Source: Candidatus Bathyarchaeota archaeon (GTDB lineage Archaea > Thermoproteota > Bathyarchaeia > Bathyarchaeales > Bathycorpusculaceae). From it: 64,000 nt of DNA. A model generated the notes under the pieces. That model was not told where the DNA came from and did no database searches. It saw only the letters and a list, made by a program, of their open reading frames with translations. The stretch is from contig CAWGZR010000004.1 in NCBI GenBank assembly GCA_963827165.1, positions 192,001 to 256,000 of the forward strand, read 5' to 3'. Positions 20,888 to 31,610 of this stretch are shown here, one piece after another. The position numbers and the translations under genes were made by a program. How positions within the stretch are numbered: the stretch's first letter is position 1; the number at the start of each line of letters is the position of its first letter.

Positions 20888-23800
20888 TTAGCTTATGCTA
20901 AGATTGCTTGTTGCACAGGGCATTAGTTGATTTCCACTTCCATTGTTGGGAGCGTAGAGTGCGTCTGTGGTAAATGTTATGTTTGTTGGCGCATTGTTCA
21001 TAACTTGGAAGGTTAAGGTTGCAAGATCGCCGCTACCGCTAATGTTTGATAATGACAATAGAGCGTCGCACATGTCTCGTAAAATGCCATTGCTCAGCAC
21101 CAGTGGGTCGTTGAGGGAATTTAGAAACAGTGTTGAACCGCCTGAAGAAAAAAATGACCCTTCAGCAATGTCAGTCAATCTTAGAATGTTAGGATCCCAG
21201 GAGAGGCTACAGTCCCAGCCCCAGAGGCCAGTGACATTGTCAACATGTAGAGTCACGGTGAAGCTTTCGCCAGCATTTGGCAAAACCGATGGACCGACGA
21301 GACTGAGCTCAACGTCTTCGTTTGCGGTGCCTTGTCCGCTCGACGTGTTTAAGTTGTTACCTGAAGTTTGTGATCCAGTGGAAACCGATTGATTGCCGAT
21401 CTGCTGATTGCAAGTATTGTTCCAAGCTTGATAGTAACTAGTGAAAGCCGTGACATCATTGAAGTTTATTTGTCCCGAAGCGGTGAAGTCAAGATACGGA
21501 TTGTAGATTTGCTGAGCGGCGTATGCCTGGTAGTAAGCTGTAAAATAACTTATGTCGTTCATGTTACAACTGCCGTCAGGCATTGTCCAAGTCTGGTTTG
21601 ATTGCGGCGTCACAGGGTAGCCCTTATTGTCTTCCGGTTGCATTCCCGCCATGTCCGCTGGGTATTGATAACAGTTTCCACGCTGCATACTTGCGCCTCG
21701 AATCAAACTAATAAAGACCCCTACAGCCATATCAGCAGCACTAGTTGGGCTTAACACATTGTTTGTTATCATCCAGAACATCTTTGATGGGTAAAATGGT
21801 TCAGTTGGATCTCCGCCGTACCCAACAGCCCAAAGCTGCAGGTTAGTTATGTCTGCCCATTCCTCGTCAGTCGGCAGCCTACCCACTACACCTAGATCAT
21901 AAAAACCCTGTGATACGGCACTATATATGTAATCGTCGCCGCTTCCTATTCCGGTAAAAGTGTTTATTGAAAAGTTCTGTTGTTGCATGGACTGCAGAGT
22001 ATTAAAGTAATTTGGGAAGAAAAGCGTTTGGTCCAAAATGAATCCACTTGCGCTGCTTGAGCTACTGAGGGCTACAATTAAGTTTTCTGTTGTATGTGCC
22101 ATGAAGATCGCTGAAATCGTGTGGGAAGCTTGGACGTTGTTGAAGGTATATGATGATGCAGCCCCCAATGAGGAGCCATCAATTGTCAAGGAAGCAATAG
22201 AGTAACCGGTACTTGGCGTGATAGTGAAGGTCTGACTTCCGCCACGAGGGACGGAGGTTGTTCCAGGAGAAATGGTGCCGTTGGAAGTCTGAGTAACAGT
22301 GATCGTGTATGTCTCTACAAAAGTTGCTGAGATCGAGGCGGGACCTCCGATGTCAGTAAATGTGTAGGTACTTACAGCACCTTGATCTTGATTAGGATTA
22401 GTAGTGGTAACATCGAAAATCGAGTAGCCTGAGTTAGCCGTTACAGTAAATGTTTGGTTCGTTCCTGCAGGAACCTGGACCGAGCCTGATGGACTAATGG
22501 AACCACCTAAACCAGCAGAAGCAGTAATTGTACAGTTAAAATTTGCTACCAAAGCTGTGACCCCTGTAAGACTAAAATTGGTCAGCGGATTTCCGTATAT
22601 GTTTCCATAGCCATTTGCGCCATAATTCGCATACCAATATCCAAACGTGTATCCGGCGTATGCGTTAGCGGTGAACGTCTCCCCATTAATAGAAACAGTT
22701 CCTGCGTTAATTGGGTAGCATGAAACAGGATTATTGCTTGAACCAAAATACACTGAAATTATGTTAGGGTTTTGATTAATTGCATTGAATTGATGGCTGC
22801 TGCCGTTTCCAACGTAATTACCATCGACATAGATAGCCGTTACGACATTGCCAGTGTTGGGCATCATCACGAATTGTGGAGTATCCCCTGCGTTAACGCC
22901 CAGAGTCGCCACTTGAGAATAGGTGTTCGGGGGAATGTAATAATAGACGGTGCCTCCAGTGCTCGAATAAACATTTACGAGGTATTGTTTTTGTGTTTGA
23001 TAAGTACGGTATAGGTTGACGCGGCCATCGCCTCCGTCATTTAGATGTAAATTAACGCCGGGGTCAGGATTGGTGGGTATTTTCAGATATAAAATGTTAG
23101 TGCCTCCTGGATGGTCGTTGTAGTATTGGCTGAGGACCGAGTCAGTTGCCAAGTCGACTCCGTGAGCCATCGTATAGTTGCCGTCTTTGACATGGTAGAA
23201 AGTCTTCCAGTGCGTATTGTCCAGTGAAAGTTGAAAGGGGACATCTGAGGTGATAGCATCTGCAGCGTTTCCCTGATCGTCACATGTGTTCACATTGTTT
23301 AAGTTAAATAGACAATGAGAAGGGCCAACGTAACTATTGTAAATGCCAAAAGTTGCGTTTGGGTTTGTCCAGGTCCAAGTGTAGGTTGTTTCTCTGTTAA
23401 GAATCCTTCCATTGTGATTATCCCAATAATAGGCAGTGTAGCTGAGTCCTCCACAGTTTTCATAATTACATGGGTAATCTTGTCTCGGGGCGATATCATT
23501 GCTGCCTGATTTCGTTTGATTAGTTGAGCATGGTACGCCGGAACCGTTGCACATTCCACCGTTACATTGCTGACTACTATCGCAGGGCAGTTGGCACATA
23601 CCATAACCCCTAACTATTTGTAATCCCTTTATCCAGACAGTAACTTTTGGATCATTATTCGTAAAGGACAGCGTATTTGATCCAGTGTCATCGAATATGA
23701 TATCACCATTTGAATTCTCAAATAGAGAAACATCCTGCGTCTCTGTACAGTCATCACCTGCTAATTTGCTATGATAACGGTCATTACTGAATGTCCCAAA

Positions 23801-24101
23801 AGAACTATGAGATCGCAAACCCTATTGGTCCAACGTAAGCCCCCGACGAATCTTCCTCCGTATGAATGGTATACGTAATGTTGCAAACGTTAGCGCCTTG
23901 ATAGCATTGTGGTTGAGTGCATGTGAAAGAACCCCCTACATTGGTTAATGGCGGTATTTCGAGGTCCAAAGGTCCCCAGATTGTAGTTCCAAATCCACCT
24001 ACCTGATTTATTGGTGGACAAGATGGACCGCTTTTTCCACCCGTCGCGTTTGATGAGCAATTAAAGTCACTAACGCAATCCATTAAATGAGTCTGTGACA
24101 T
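20888..24101 (-). CDS. large Cys-rich modular protein with InlB-B/bacterial Ig-like repeats, dockerin-like and cohesin-like domains (frameshift near 23810 joins the 98-aa and 976-aa ORFs)
   Basis: GGAGGTGA SD before 24101; TITASAGLGGSISPSG/TITVTQTSNGTISPG repeats; DGSCNMND and DFTASGQINFND EF-hand-like pair; FTVTLHVDNV..WDPNIL..GSGDLATLTF. Confidence 0.7.
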
Positions 24102-24600
24102 CCATTTTCACCTCCTTTTGCATTTGAATGGTTTTTTTGTTTTCGGTCTGTATTGGACATGCGGTTAAGTCGTGAAGACTTTCGCATGTCGCTTTCGCTT
24201 TGTTTCTCTTTTCTAACATATTTGATTCATCCAATTATCAATATCAAAGAGCATGTTACCTAAGAAAATGGGAAAAGGTTCGTGTCTTGGATTCTTAATT
24301 AGCTAAATTAAAAATTAATGCTAGATAAGTTGTCTTCCAAAAACTCGGAATTTAAATAATTTTTCCAATATTGTCTTTTTCGCTTAAGCACTCTCGCTGT
24401 TATTTGTTTCAAGCCTCTTACTTGCAGTTATACTTAGGTATCGAAAGACAACCAACTTTAGCAGGCAGAACCTTTCTTCCATGATAGAGTGTACCCCTTC
24501 TCCTTTAGCGGTTACCAGCTAGTCAAAGAAACCTTGACTAAATCAAGTCAAGAAACCTTTATGGATAGGCTTTAATAGCCTATAGTTCGAAATAGTAAGC

Positions 24601-25572
24601 ATGGGCTGTTCAAGTAGGGTTGCGACTTTGGTGCTTGTTTTCGTATGTCTGACTTCTTTGGTTACTGAGCAACTTATCACTGTTAAGGGTCAACCAAACA
24701 ATAAACAAGTTTCAGCCCCTACTCTAGAGTGGCAACAATACTATTTTAATTCAGGCTCCCAAGATGAGAACGGTATTGAGTCGGCATCCAACCTAATTCA
24801 AACAAGAGACGGCGGATATGTCTTCATGGATTTAGGCTGGTCACACCAAGAGACCTTTACGCCAACAACCGTTTACAAAGTTGATTCTTCAGGCAACATG
24901 GAATGGACGAAAACCATCGATGGGTTTGTGGGGTCAACCATTATCCAAACCAACGATGGAGGATATGAAATAGCAGGAGAATGGTCCACGTACGGAACGA
25001 CCTACAAATACACGCCCACCCTCATCAAAACTGACTCTCAAGCAAATATTCAATGGGTCCAAAATTATTCAAAAGTGCCAAACTTGGGCGATCTGACTTC
25101 GCCGAACTTTAGTGTTTCTTCAAGCACTCCGAGAATCCAAACCAGCGACGGCGGTTATGCTTATTGGAACTATCAAACCGATAATGCCTCGTTTGAAAGC
25201 ATTGCGAAGACTGACTCAAATAACACCATACAGTGGGTAGAAAACTTGACCTTCGCAAGTGACTATGGCATTACTATTCTTCCAATAACTTCGCTAATTG
25301 AAACATCCGATGGAGCGCTTGCCGCATTAGGGGTAGGATACATGATGGGTACTGATTCACCTCTAACTGGCAGAATTTACTTAGTTAAGACAGAACCATT
25401 TTTGCCTCTGCCCTCACCGACTGCATTACCGACTCCAATTCAAACGCCTTCAATGATTCTTAGCGAGCCAGTTTTGGAATCAATAATCATAGCTCTTACG
25501 TTAACCTTAGCCGTGGTTGTCAGTTTGCTGCTTTTCAGAAGACATCGAAAGAACCGAGAACAAGGTGAGTAG
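24601..25572 (+). CDS. secreted, membrane-anchored protein with QT(S/R/N)DGGY repeats
   Basis: Signal peptide, four T.DG(G/A) repeats, PT linker, C-terminal TM and basic tail. Confidence 0.8.
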   Translation: MGCSSRVATLVLVFVCLTSLVTEQLITVKGQPNNKQVSAPTLEWQQYYFNSGSQDENGIESASNLIQTRDGGYVFMDLGWSHQETFTPTTVYKVDSSGNMEWTKTIDGFVGSTIIQTNDGGYEIAGEWSTYGTTYKYTPTLIKTDSQANIQWVQNYSKVPNLGDLTSPNFSVSSSTPRIQTSDGGYAYWNYQTDNASFESIAKTDSNNTIQWVENLTFASDYGITILPITSLIETSDGALAALGVGYMMGTDSPLTGRIYLVKTEPFLPLPSPTALPTPIQTPSMILSEPVLESIIIALTLTLAVVVSLLLFRRHRKNREQGE

Positions 25573-26769
25573 ATTTTCTCACAGAATTATTCTAGATTTC
25601 TCGCTTCTGATGCTGAGGTCTTATTGTATATTAAGGTTTTTTGCTATTTAATAATAAACGTAATCGGGAAAAAAAGGGATGATGTTGTTTTTATCGATCG
25701 CCGTATTCGGGGTTGGGTATGTCGGCGCCACATTTTTGACATTTATAGCTGTGGATTTTTTTGCGGCAGCTCTGGCATCGGCTCTGGATTACTGAGGTTC
25801 CGCAGGTTGGGCATTGCAAATCAACGACTTTCAACCTCTTTCACCTCCAGTTCAACGCGCCTGTTAGAAGGTAAGTTTGCCGTTCCATTAGCATACAGCG
25901 AGATGATTTTTGGGGCAAGGTTTCTATGCCGTCGTTCAAGGAACCGGCGAATTGATGTTCGTAGGTAATCGAGCAGCCGTTTTCTTGGGAAGCGTTTCCT
26001 TGCGCGGATGCCTTGATTTGGGGGATTTCCATAGATAGCTTTTTCATTTTTTCTTTTCAACTCTATGTTTGTTTAATTGCCGTTTTGAACAATGATTCTA
26101 GAGACAAATGGAGAGCCGTCTCTAGGTTTCTGTGACTTTGGGTTGGCATGAGAAACCGTGGATGTGCATGCGGACGGTTATTCGTCGTCTATCCAGATGC
26201 GGCAGATCGGACGTGCTTGCCGAAACATGACTGGGACAACCTATCAAGGCAGCCCGAGCCGAAAATGTCGAAATTGAACGCTTCAGGCAATTCAGCGCTC
26301 AAAGGGCTTTAGTCCGGTGCCCCCAAATTTCTCGGCGGCTCCCAACACTGGAACCCTCACTCGCATCCCCGGCAGCGGTTTTTTTCAACATCGCTTCCAG
26401 CATGTCCAGGTCTTTGTCAATTTGCTTTTCATTTACGCCCTTTTGCGATACGGTTTACGATTTGGACGGTGTAAGCGGCGATTCGGTGCAATATTGGTGT
26501 TCGGCTATGGTTAAGGGGCGTTGGTTTCCTTTTCGTCGACGACGTACTTGAAGATGCGTCGAGCGCAGTTGGTGGCGATTTGAAAGAGCCCTTCAAGCTG
26601 GAACATAAGTTTTCTGAGGTATGCTCGGCGTCCACGTAGAGAACGCGGCACGTCTTTATGACTCGAACGTCAACACGTTTATCAAGACTTAATCTATTAG
26701 GGATATTCTCATCTTATAGGGCCACATAGTAGTAGTGACAAAAAACCAACACAAATTTGGAACCCAAAG

Positions 26770-26997
26770 TCAACCCATCCGCTGCAAACTACCTGTACCC
26801 CGCGAATCAATCAACACCTCACCCCGAGCCACATCAGGGACAAGATGCACCTCAACGGGTTCATGAAGCTGAGCCATCACATCAACGCGAGTCATCTGCG
26901 AAACAGCTTCGCCCAGTCCCCGATCATAAAAGCTGCCGCGCAAAATGATGCCGCGGATTTTTCTCTCCTGCATTTTTTTCTGGTTTCTTTTGTGCAT
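26770..26997 (-). CDS. small hypothetical protein in element core
   Basis: 75-aa ORF directly downstream of the minus-strand RHH gene. Confidence 0.4.
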   Translation of the reverse strand: MHKRNQKKMQERKIRGIILRGSFYDRGLGEAVSQMTRVDVMAQLHEPVEVHLVPDVARGEVLIDSRGTGSLQRMG

Positions 26998-27058
26998 AGA
27001 ATCAACTCAACGCCACTCGAGGCGGCGAAAAGAAATCGGCGACATTTGAAGGCAAGGT

Positions 27059-27215
27059 TTAGGGTTGTTTTAGGGTCGCGAGGTAGGTTCGGACGGTTTC
27101 TCTTACCAGTTCAGCCCGTGATCCGTAGCCGAGGAGTTTATGTTTGATGGCATGGTCGATTTGGGCCGACGAGTTCTTTGGGAAGTTTGACTGTCACCCA
27201 ATCTGAGTCTGCCAT
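27059..27215 (-). pseudogene. RHH (CopG/NikR-like) regulator with one-base frameshift
   Basis: Removing one base near 27164 gives MADSDWVTVKLPKELVGQIDHAIKHKLLGYGSRAELVRETVRTYLATLKQP. Confidence 0.7.
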
Positions 27216-27360
27216 GGTTGTGTCACTGTTGATACATGCATGTCTTGAGTCACATATAGGCATTACGAACACCAACCACTCAAACGCCGGCCACAAAGTC
27301 AAAAGAACTTCCGCAGTTTTACACAACTAAGTTTAAATCTTTGTTATTCACAGATGAATC

Positions 27361-27786
27361 ATGAGTGACAAAATGTCTTCTGAAGAACCCAACTCCGACG
27401 ACTACACAACAGTAAGACTACCCAAAGAACTGATGAAAGAAATAGACCAAATAATCAAACGCGGAACAAGAGGATACAAAAGCAGATCAGAATTCATAAA
27501 AGAAGCCCTAAGAAAACGCTTCGAAGAACTGCAAATCGCACAACTCACGCCGCAGCTACCGCCACTGGAGCATTTCAACGTAGATGAGGAAGGAGTCAGG
27601 ATCCTTGACAGAACTTTAGCCACTAAGACAACAAACGGCAGAATAATAGACATCTACTTTAAACCCGACAGCGTATGGTGCGACTACTGCCAATCCAGCA
27701 GTTGCCAACACATCAAATTCGCCCTCGAACTTCCAGTCGTTCAGGAGATTTTAGACAAGAAAGGCTGGATCACGAAAAGACAATAA
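27361..27786 (+). CDS. RHH regulator with C-terminal Zn-binding domain
   Basis: TVRLPKELMKEID...GYKSRSEFIKEALR; CDYCQSSSCQH. Confidence 0.85.
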   Translation: MSDKMSSEEPNSDDYTTVRLPKELMKEIDQIIKRGTRGYKSRSEFIKEALRKRFEELQIAQLTPQLPPLEHFNVDEEGVRILDRTLATKTTNGRIIDIYFKPDSVWCDYCQSSSCQHIKFALELPVVQEILDKKGWITKRQ

Positions 27787-27849
27787 AAAAAATAGAAATC
27801 TGTTGTGCTTTCAGCTTATCTGACTTTCATAATCCTGCTGATACAAAGA

Positions 27850-28370
27850 TCATTGTCGTTTTTCTTTTACAAGGCTTTTTAATTCGATGACTTGGATTGG
27901 GCATTCTTTCCAATCGTGCTCCCAACAAACCACATAATCGCAACCATCTTTAGGGTGACCATGTTTAACAAAGTCACTGCTTCGGTATTCAAACTCAATC
28001 GTAATCGGATAACCCTTTATCCTTCTCATATTTTTTGCCAAAAGTGTCCGGAAACCTGACCTGCTCTCCTTCGATGGTTATGCCTAGATCTTCCGCCACT
28101 TTAGAAAATAAGTAAATTACACCATTTTCGCTAAGTTGGAGCGTATGTTAATCCCCTGAAGTTTAAGGATGATCCAACCAAGGGTGTTGTTCCATGTTTT
28201 TGGTTAATCGGTTTTGCATGGTCTATGGGAACGGGGGATTTTCTGAAATTGTTAATTTCAAGAGTTTCAGACACCGGGGCGGAACAAAGATAGCAGCTGT
28301 CCAACGGAAACCCACTGTTCATAATGCGGATGCTAAGACACAAGTCATTCAAAAGCAGCCTCAAATACAC
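27850..28370 (-). pseudogene. PD-(D/E)XK-type nuclease broken by two frameshifts
   Basis: Three frames join to NFRGLTYAP/ENGVIYLFSKVAEDLGITIEGEQVRFPD/IEFEYRSSDFVKHGH..CDYVVCWEHDW. Confidence 0.65.
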
Positions 28371-28401
28371 CCATTCAATACAACATAAAGAGTAATACTA
28401 A

Positions 28402-28545
28402 GGCGTCACATCGGTAACAACACCAGAAGAAATCTAAGCTCTAGGCAAAGCTGGCTGGACAAAATACGACGAAATCACCGTTGCAGGCACAGCAATCCAT
28501 TTCTTCCGAAAACCAAAACGATTCGGCGGACTAAACCAAATATAG
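28402..28545 (+). pseudogene. degenerate integrase-like C-terminal remnant, copy B
   Basis: GVTSVTTPEEI*ALGKAGWTKYDEITVAGTAIHFFRKPKRFGGLNQI*, no start codon and an internal stop; integrase assignment is recalled resemblance only. Confidence 0.45.
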
Positions 28546-28642
28546 GTAGATAAGGTTGCATAGACCGACGATAGGTTTTTATGCTCCTCTTAAGTCTTTT
28601 AGGTGGCATCAACATATATTAATTAGAAAAATAATGGATTGA

Positions 28643-28960
28643 TTGACTAAAATGGTAAGAAAAGCACGAATACGCCTCACAAGCACAGATTACAGCAAAC
28701 TTGAAGAGGTATGCGGAGAACTCAGAAGCATCGCACAGAAGACAGGCGTAAAAATCAACGGTCCAGTGCCATTGCCCACCAAGCGACTTCGCGTTCCAGT
28801 TTTGAAAGGACCTTCAGGTGAAGGAACAGCAACATGGGACAGGTGGGAGATGCGTATTCACAAACGTTTAATCGACATTGACTCAGAAGAACGGGTTATG
28901 CGTAGAATCATGCGTATCCGTGTACCTGAAGAAGTCCACGTGACAATCGAACTCATCTAA
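28643..28960 (+). CDS. rpsJ: 30S ribosomal protein S10 (uS10)
   Basis: [36 protein letters not shown]. Confidence 0.97.
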   Translation: MTKMVRKARIRLTSTDYSKLEEVCGELRSIAQKTGVKINGPVPLPTKRLRVPVLKGPSGEGTATWDRWEMRIHKRLIDIDSEERVMRRIMRIRVPEEVHVTIELI

Positions 28961-29028
28961 AAACACTCGTTTTTTAGAGCCATTTATTTTGTTTTTTGCA
29001 GATTCATTTTTCAGTTTTATTGGAAAAT

Positions 29029-29802
29029 TTAGTGATTATGCCTAAAGCCACCGATTATGGCGCTACGTGAATGCTTTTCTAAGCAGTCCACTTCATCAAA
29101 CCCAGCTTCGCTTAGCCATTTCAGATGAGTTATTACCGTAGGGGATCCTATGGTTAATATTCTGTCGTCAGCGTTGAAGAAGGCTTTGTAACCTTTACGC
29201 CGCTCATTTAATTGCTGCTGTACTTCTGGGATGGTTTTGTCTGCGCCAGTTTTCATTTTAATTCCAGATTGGCGGTCGATGAGCCTGGATTTATGGTAAA
29301 TCCGCTCAAGAACAGGACCAGGGGGAGGAAAGATATCACAGGACAAGAAACACCCAGCCGGATTAACTAATCCGAAAAGCTCTCGGTATAACGTGTCGAT
29401 TTTGTCGGGGACGGTGTGGGTTACGAAAGAAGAGACTACCGAGTCAAAAGTTCCCCCTACGGCTTTTGACCAGCCGAAGTTTCGGAGGTTGCTTTGAACG
29501 AAGGCTACTCTTTCCCCGAATTTTCCTAATCGCTCTTGGGCATGGCGTAGCATCGCCTCAGAGAAGTCTAGGCAAGTGAGCGAAACGTTTGGGTAGCGGT
29601 TAAGGATATCTAAGCTTAAGGCGCCAGTTCCCGTTCCTAAATCCAGCAGGCGGAAACTGTCAGACGGGTCAAAAGGCAAGAAAGAAATTAATCTGTGACG
29701 CCATAAACTTCGGCCTGCTTCCATGCCTTTGTCAGCCATCCAGAAATCAACATATTTTGACGAAAGATAACGATTTTCAAACGATTCCGAGTCCGAGGTC
29801 AA
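29029..29802 (-). CDS. class I SAM-dependent methyltransferase
   Basis: LDLGTGTG, LDFSEAML, WLSEAGFDEVDC. Confidence 0.85.
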   Translation of the reverse strand: MTSDSESFENRYLSSKYVDFWMADKGMEAGRSLWRHRLISFLPFDPSDSFRLLDLGTGTGALSLDILNRYPNVSLTCLDFSEAMLRHAQERLGKFGERVAFVQSNLRNFGWSKAVGGTFDSVVSSFVTHTVPDKIDTLYRELFGLVNPAGCFLSCDIFPPPGPVLERIYHKSRLIDRQSGIKMKTGADKTIPEVQQQLNERRKGYKAFFNADDRILTIGSPTVITHLKWLSEAGFDEVDCLEKHSRSAIIGGFRHNH

Positions 29803-29898
29803 AACAATCCCTCAAGTTGCAAATAGTCAATATAGTGGCGGGAAAATATAACATATGCTCAAAAAAAAATGTAGTTCAAGAAAAAAAACTTCTTGATT

Positions 29899-30741
29899 TT
29901 ATAAGTTGACAGAGATTAATATGAAAGTTGAAATTGCTAGGGCAACGCTTGGAATAAAGGATAGAAGCCAGACTTTCTTGTTGAAGCTGAAGATTTTGTA
30001 GCCGTCGAGGATTCCGAAGGGTATTAAATTGAAGGTTGCTAAGAAGGCATTGATGTACGCGGCGAAGAACAGCATCGCTGCAAGCGGGGTTTGGGCCACA
30101 AGGGGATTTGGGGACAAAGCTAATGCGACTCCAATAATTCCGCCTGAGAGCAGGAGGTTGGTTGCGGGTCCTGCAATCGAAATCTTGACTATTTCATCTC
30201 CGTTTGGTGAACCTGAAATCATCATTGCACCAGGTGCAATCATCCTGAAAGGCAGAAACACTGAAACAAAAGTCAACACCACGCCCCACGTTGTTAAGCG
30301 GAATTCAGCCCATAAACCGTGTTTTTGAGCCGTGATTTTATGTGCCATTTCATGTATCAAGACGGAGCCGGTCATGAGAGCTGCGAAAGCAGCCATTAAT
30401 GTCCAGGTCCAAGTGAAGTTGAATCCTCCAAAGTATCTACCATAAAGCCCGATGGAAAAACCTATAGCGACGATAAGCGCCGCCGCTACTGCTATGTGTT
30501 TAACCTCTTTGGGGCTAGATGTAATGTGGTGGTTTTGATGTGGTGGACCCATTTTGTATGAGTACTGATAGGAGTTGTATGATTGAGGTGTTAGCACTTG
30601 TCCTTGCCTTTGTGCACGTGCAAAATCGATTCTTGGGCAGGAGTGGTTCTCAGGAAGACGGTGCGCAGTGCAGAATTGTCCGCCGCAGAAAGGACAATGA
30701 AATGGAATATCGACTTCTTGATTACAAGTTTGGCATTTCAT
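29899..30741 (-). CDS. AN1-type zinc finger fused to M50 (site-2) peptidase
   Basis: CQTC..CPFCGGQFCTAHRLPENHSC; HEMAH; IAGP; FNLIPFGILDG. Confidence 0.88.
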   Translation of the reverse strand: MKCQTCNQEVDIPFHCPFCGGQFCTAHRLPENHSCPRIDFARAQRQGQVLTPQSYNSYQYSYKMGPPHQNHHITSSPKEVKHIAVAAALIVAIGFSIGLYGRYFGGFNFTWTWTLMAAFAALMTGSVLIHEMAHKITAQKHGLWAEFRLTTWGVVLTFVSVFLPFRMIAPGAMMISGSPNGDEIVKISIAGPATNLLLSGGIIGVALALSPNPLVAQTPLAAMLFFAAYINAFLATFNLIPFGILDGYKIFSFNKKVWLLSFIPSVALAISTFILISVNL

Positions 30742-30932
30742 TCGAATAAGTGCGCCTTTTACACATAGTTGTAGGTAGTTGCTTATATTTTTCCCGTTTA
30801 AAAACCCAAATTTTCAGGGCGTTCTTATGCGAGCAGTTTGGAGCTCTGGGGTTGGAAATTTGTGGCAGGAGCTGCATTAGTCTTATATATTCCCCGTATA
30901 CATTCTACTTTAATTGTATACGAGGCGCGGCT

Positions 30933-31154
30933 ATGGCAACTGAAGTCCTATCGATAAGAGTCAAGAAAAGCCTTAAAAATGAAGCGGAAAAACTCGGGGT
31001 TGACCTAAAAAAAGCGGTAGAAGAGCGGCTTGAAGAACTTGTTGCAGAAAAGAAAATAAAAGCACAACAGATTGCCAAACAACTACGTGACCTCATGCAA
31101 GTTACGCCTGAGGAGTGGGTAAATGATGTCAGAACGACAAGGCAAGAAATGTAA
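30933..31154 (+). CDS. VapB-type antitoxin
   Basis: MATEVLSIRVKKSLK..., immediately upstream of a PIN toxin. Confidence 0.75.
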   Translation: MATEVLSIRVKKSLKNEAEKLGVDLKKAVEERLEELVAEKKIKAQQIAKQLRDLMQVTPEEWVNDVRTTRQEM

Positions 31155-31522
31155 ATACCTAATTGATACATCTGCACTTTACCCAATACTCGTTTCCGGC
31201 CTCCCATTTAACCCTGAAGAATGCGCCGTAATATCGTTAACCCAGTATGAAATTGGGAACGTCCTATGGAAAGAAAACCAGCAGAAAAAAAATCAAAGAG
31301 CCTGAACAGGTTGCAAAAATTTTTTCCGAAGCAATTCAGCCTCTTCGAAAACTGGAGATTGATTCTATAGCCAATGTCCTTGCTGTGGCCATACAAAGAA
31401 AACTCACATTCTACGACGCCTCATACGCGTATGTTGCTGAAAAAGAAAACTTGAAATTAGTTACCGGAGACACTGACTTGCTGGAAAAATGCAAGCTGGC
31501 AATTACGATAAAAGAAATGTGA
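31123..31522 (+). CDS. vapC: VapC PIN toxin, frameshifted in an A8 run (31285-31292)
   Basis: YLIDTSA..YEIGNVLWK in one frame; LTFYDASY..LVTGD in the next. Confidence 0.78.
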
Positions 31523-31610
31523 AAAATCATCGAAGCATGGACGATCCCTGCTTTTTGTAACAAAAACTGTCACAAAACCGGATTAACTACTAGAGGTCAA
31601 GAAATTTTGG

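Noticed and set aside
25624-26635. Several overlapping 65-114 aa ORFs on both strands
   Set aside because: Mutually overlapping, no motifs; cannot decide which, if any, is real
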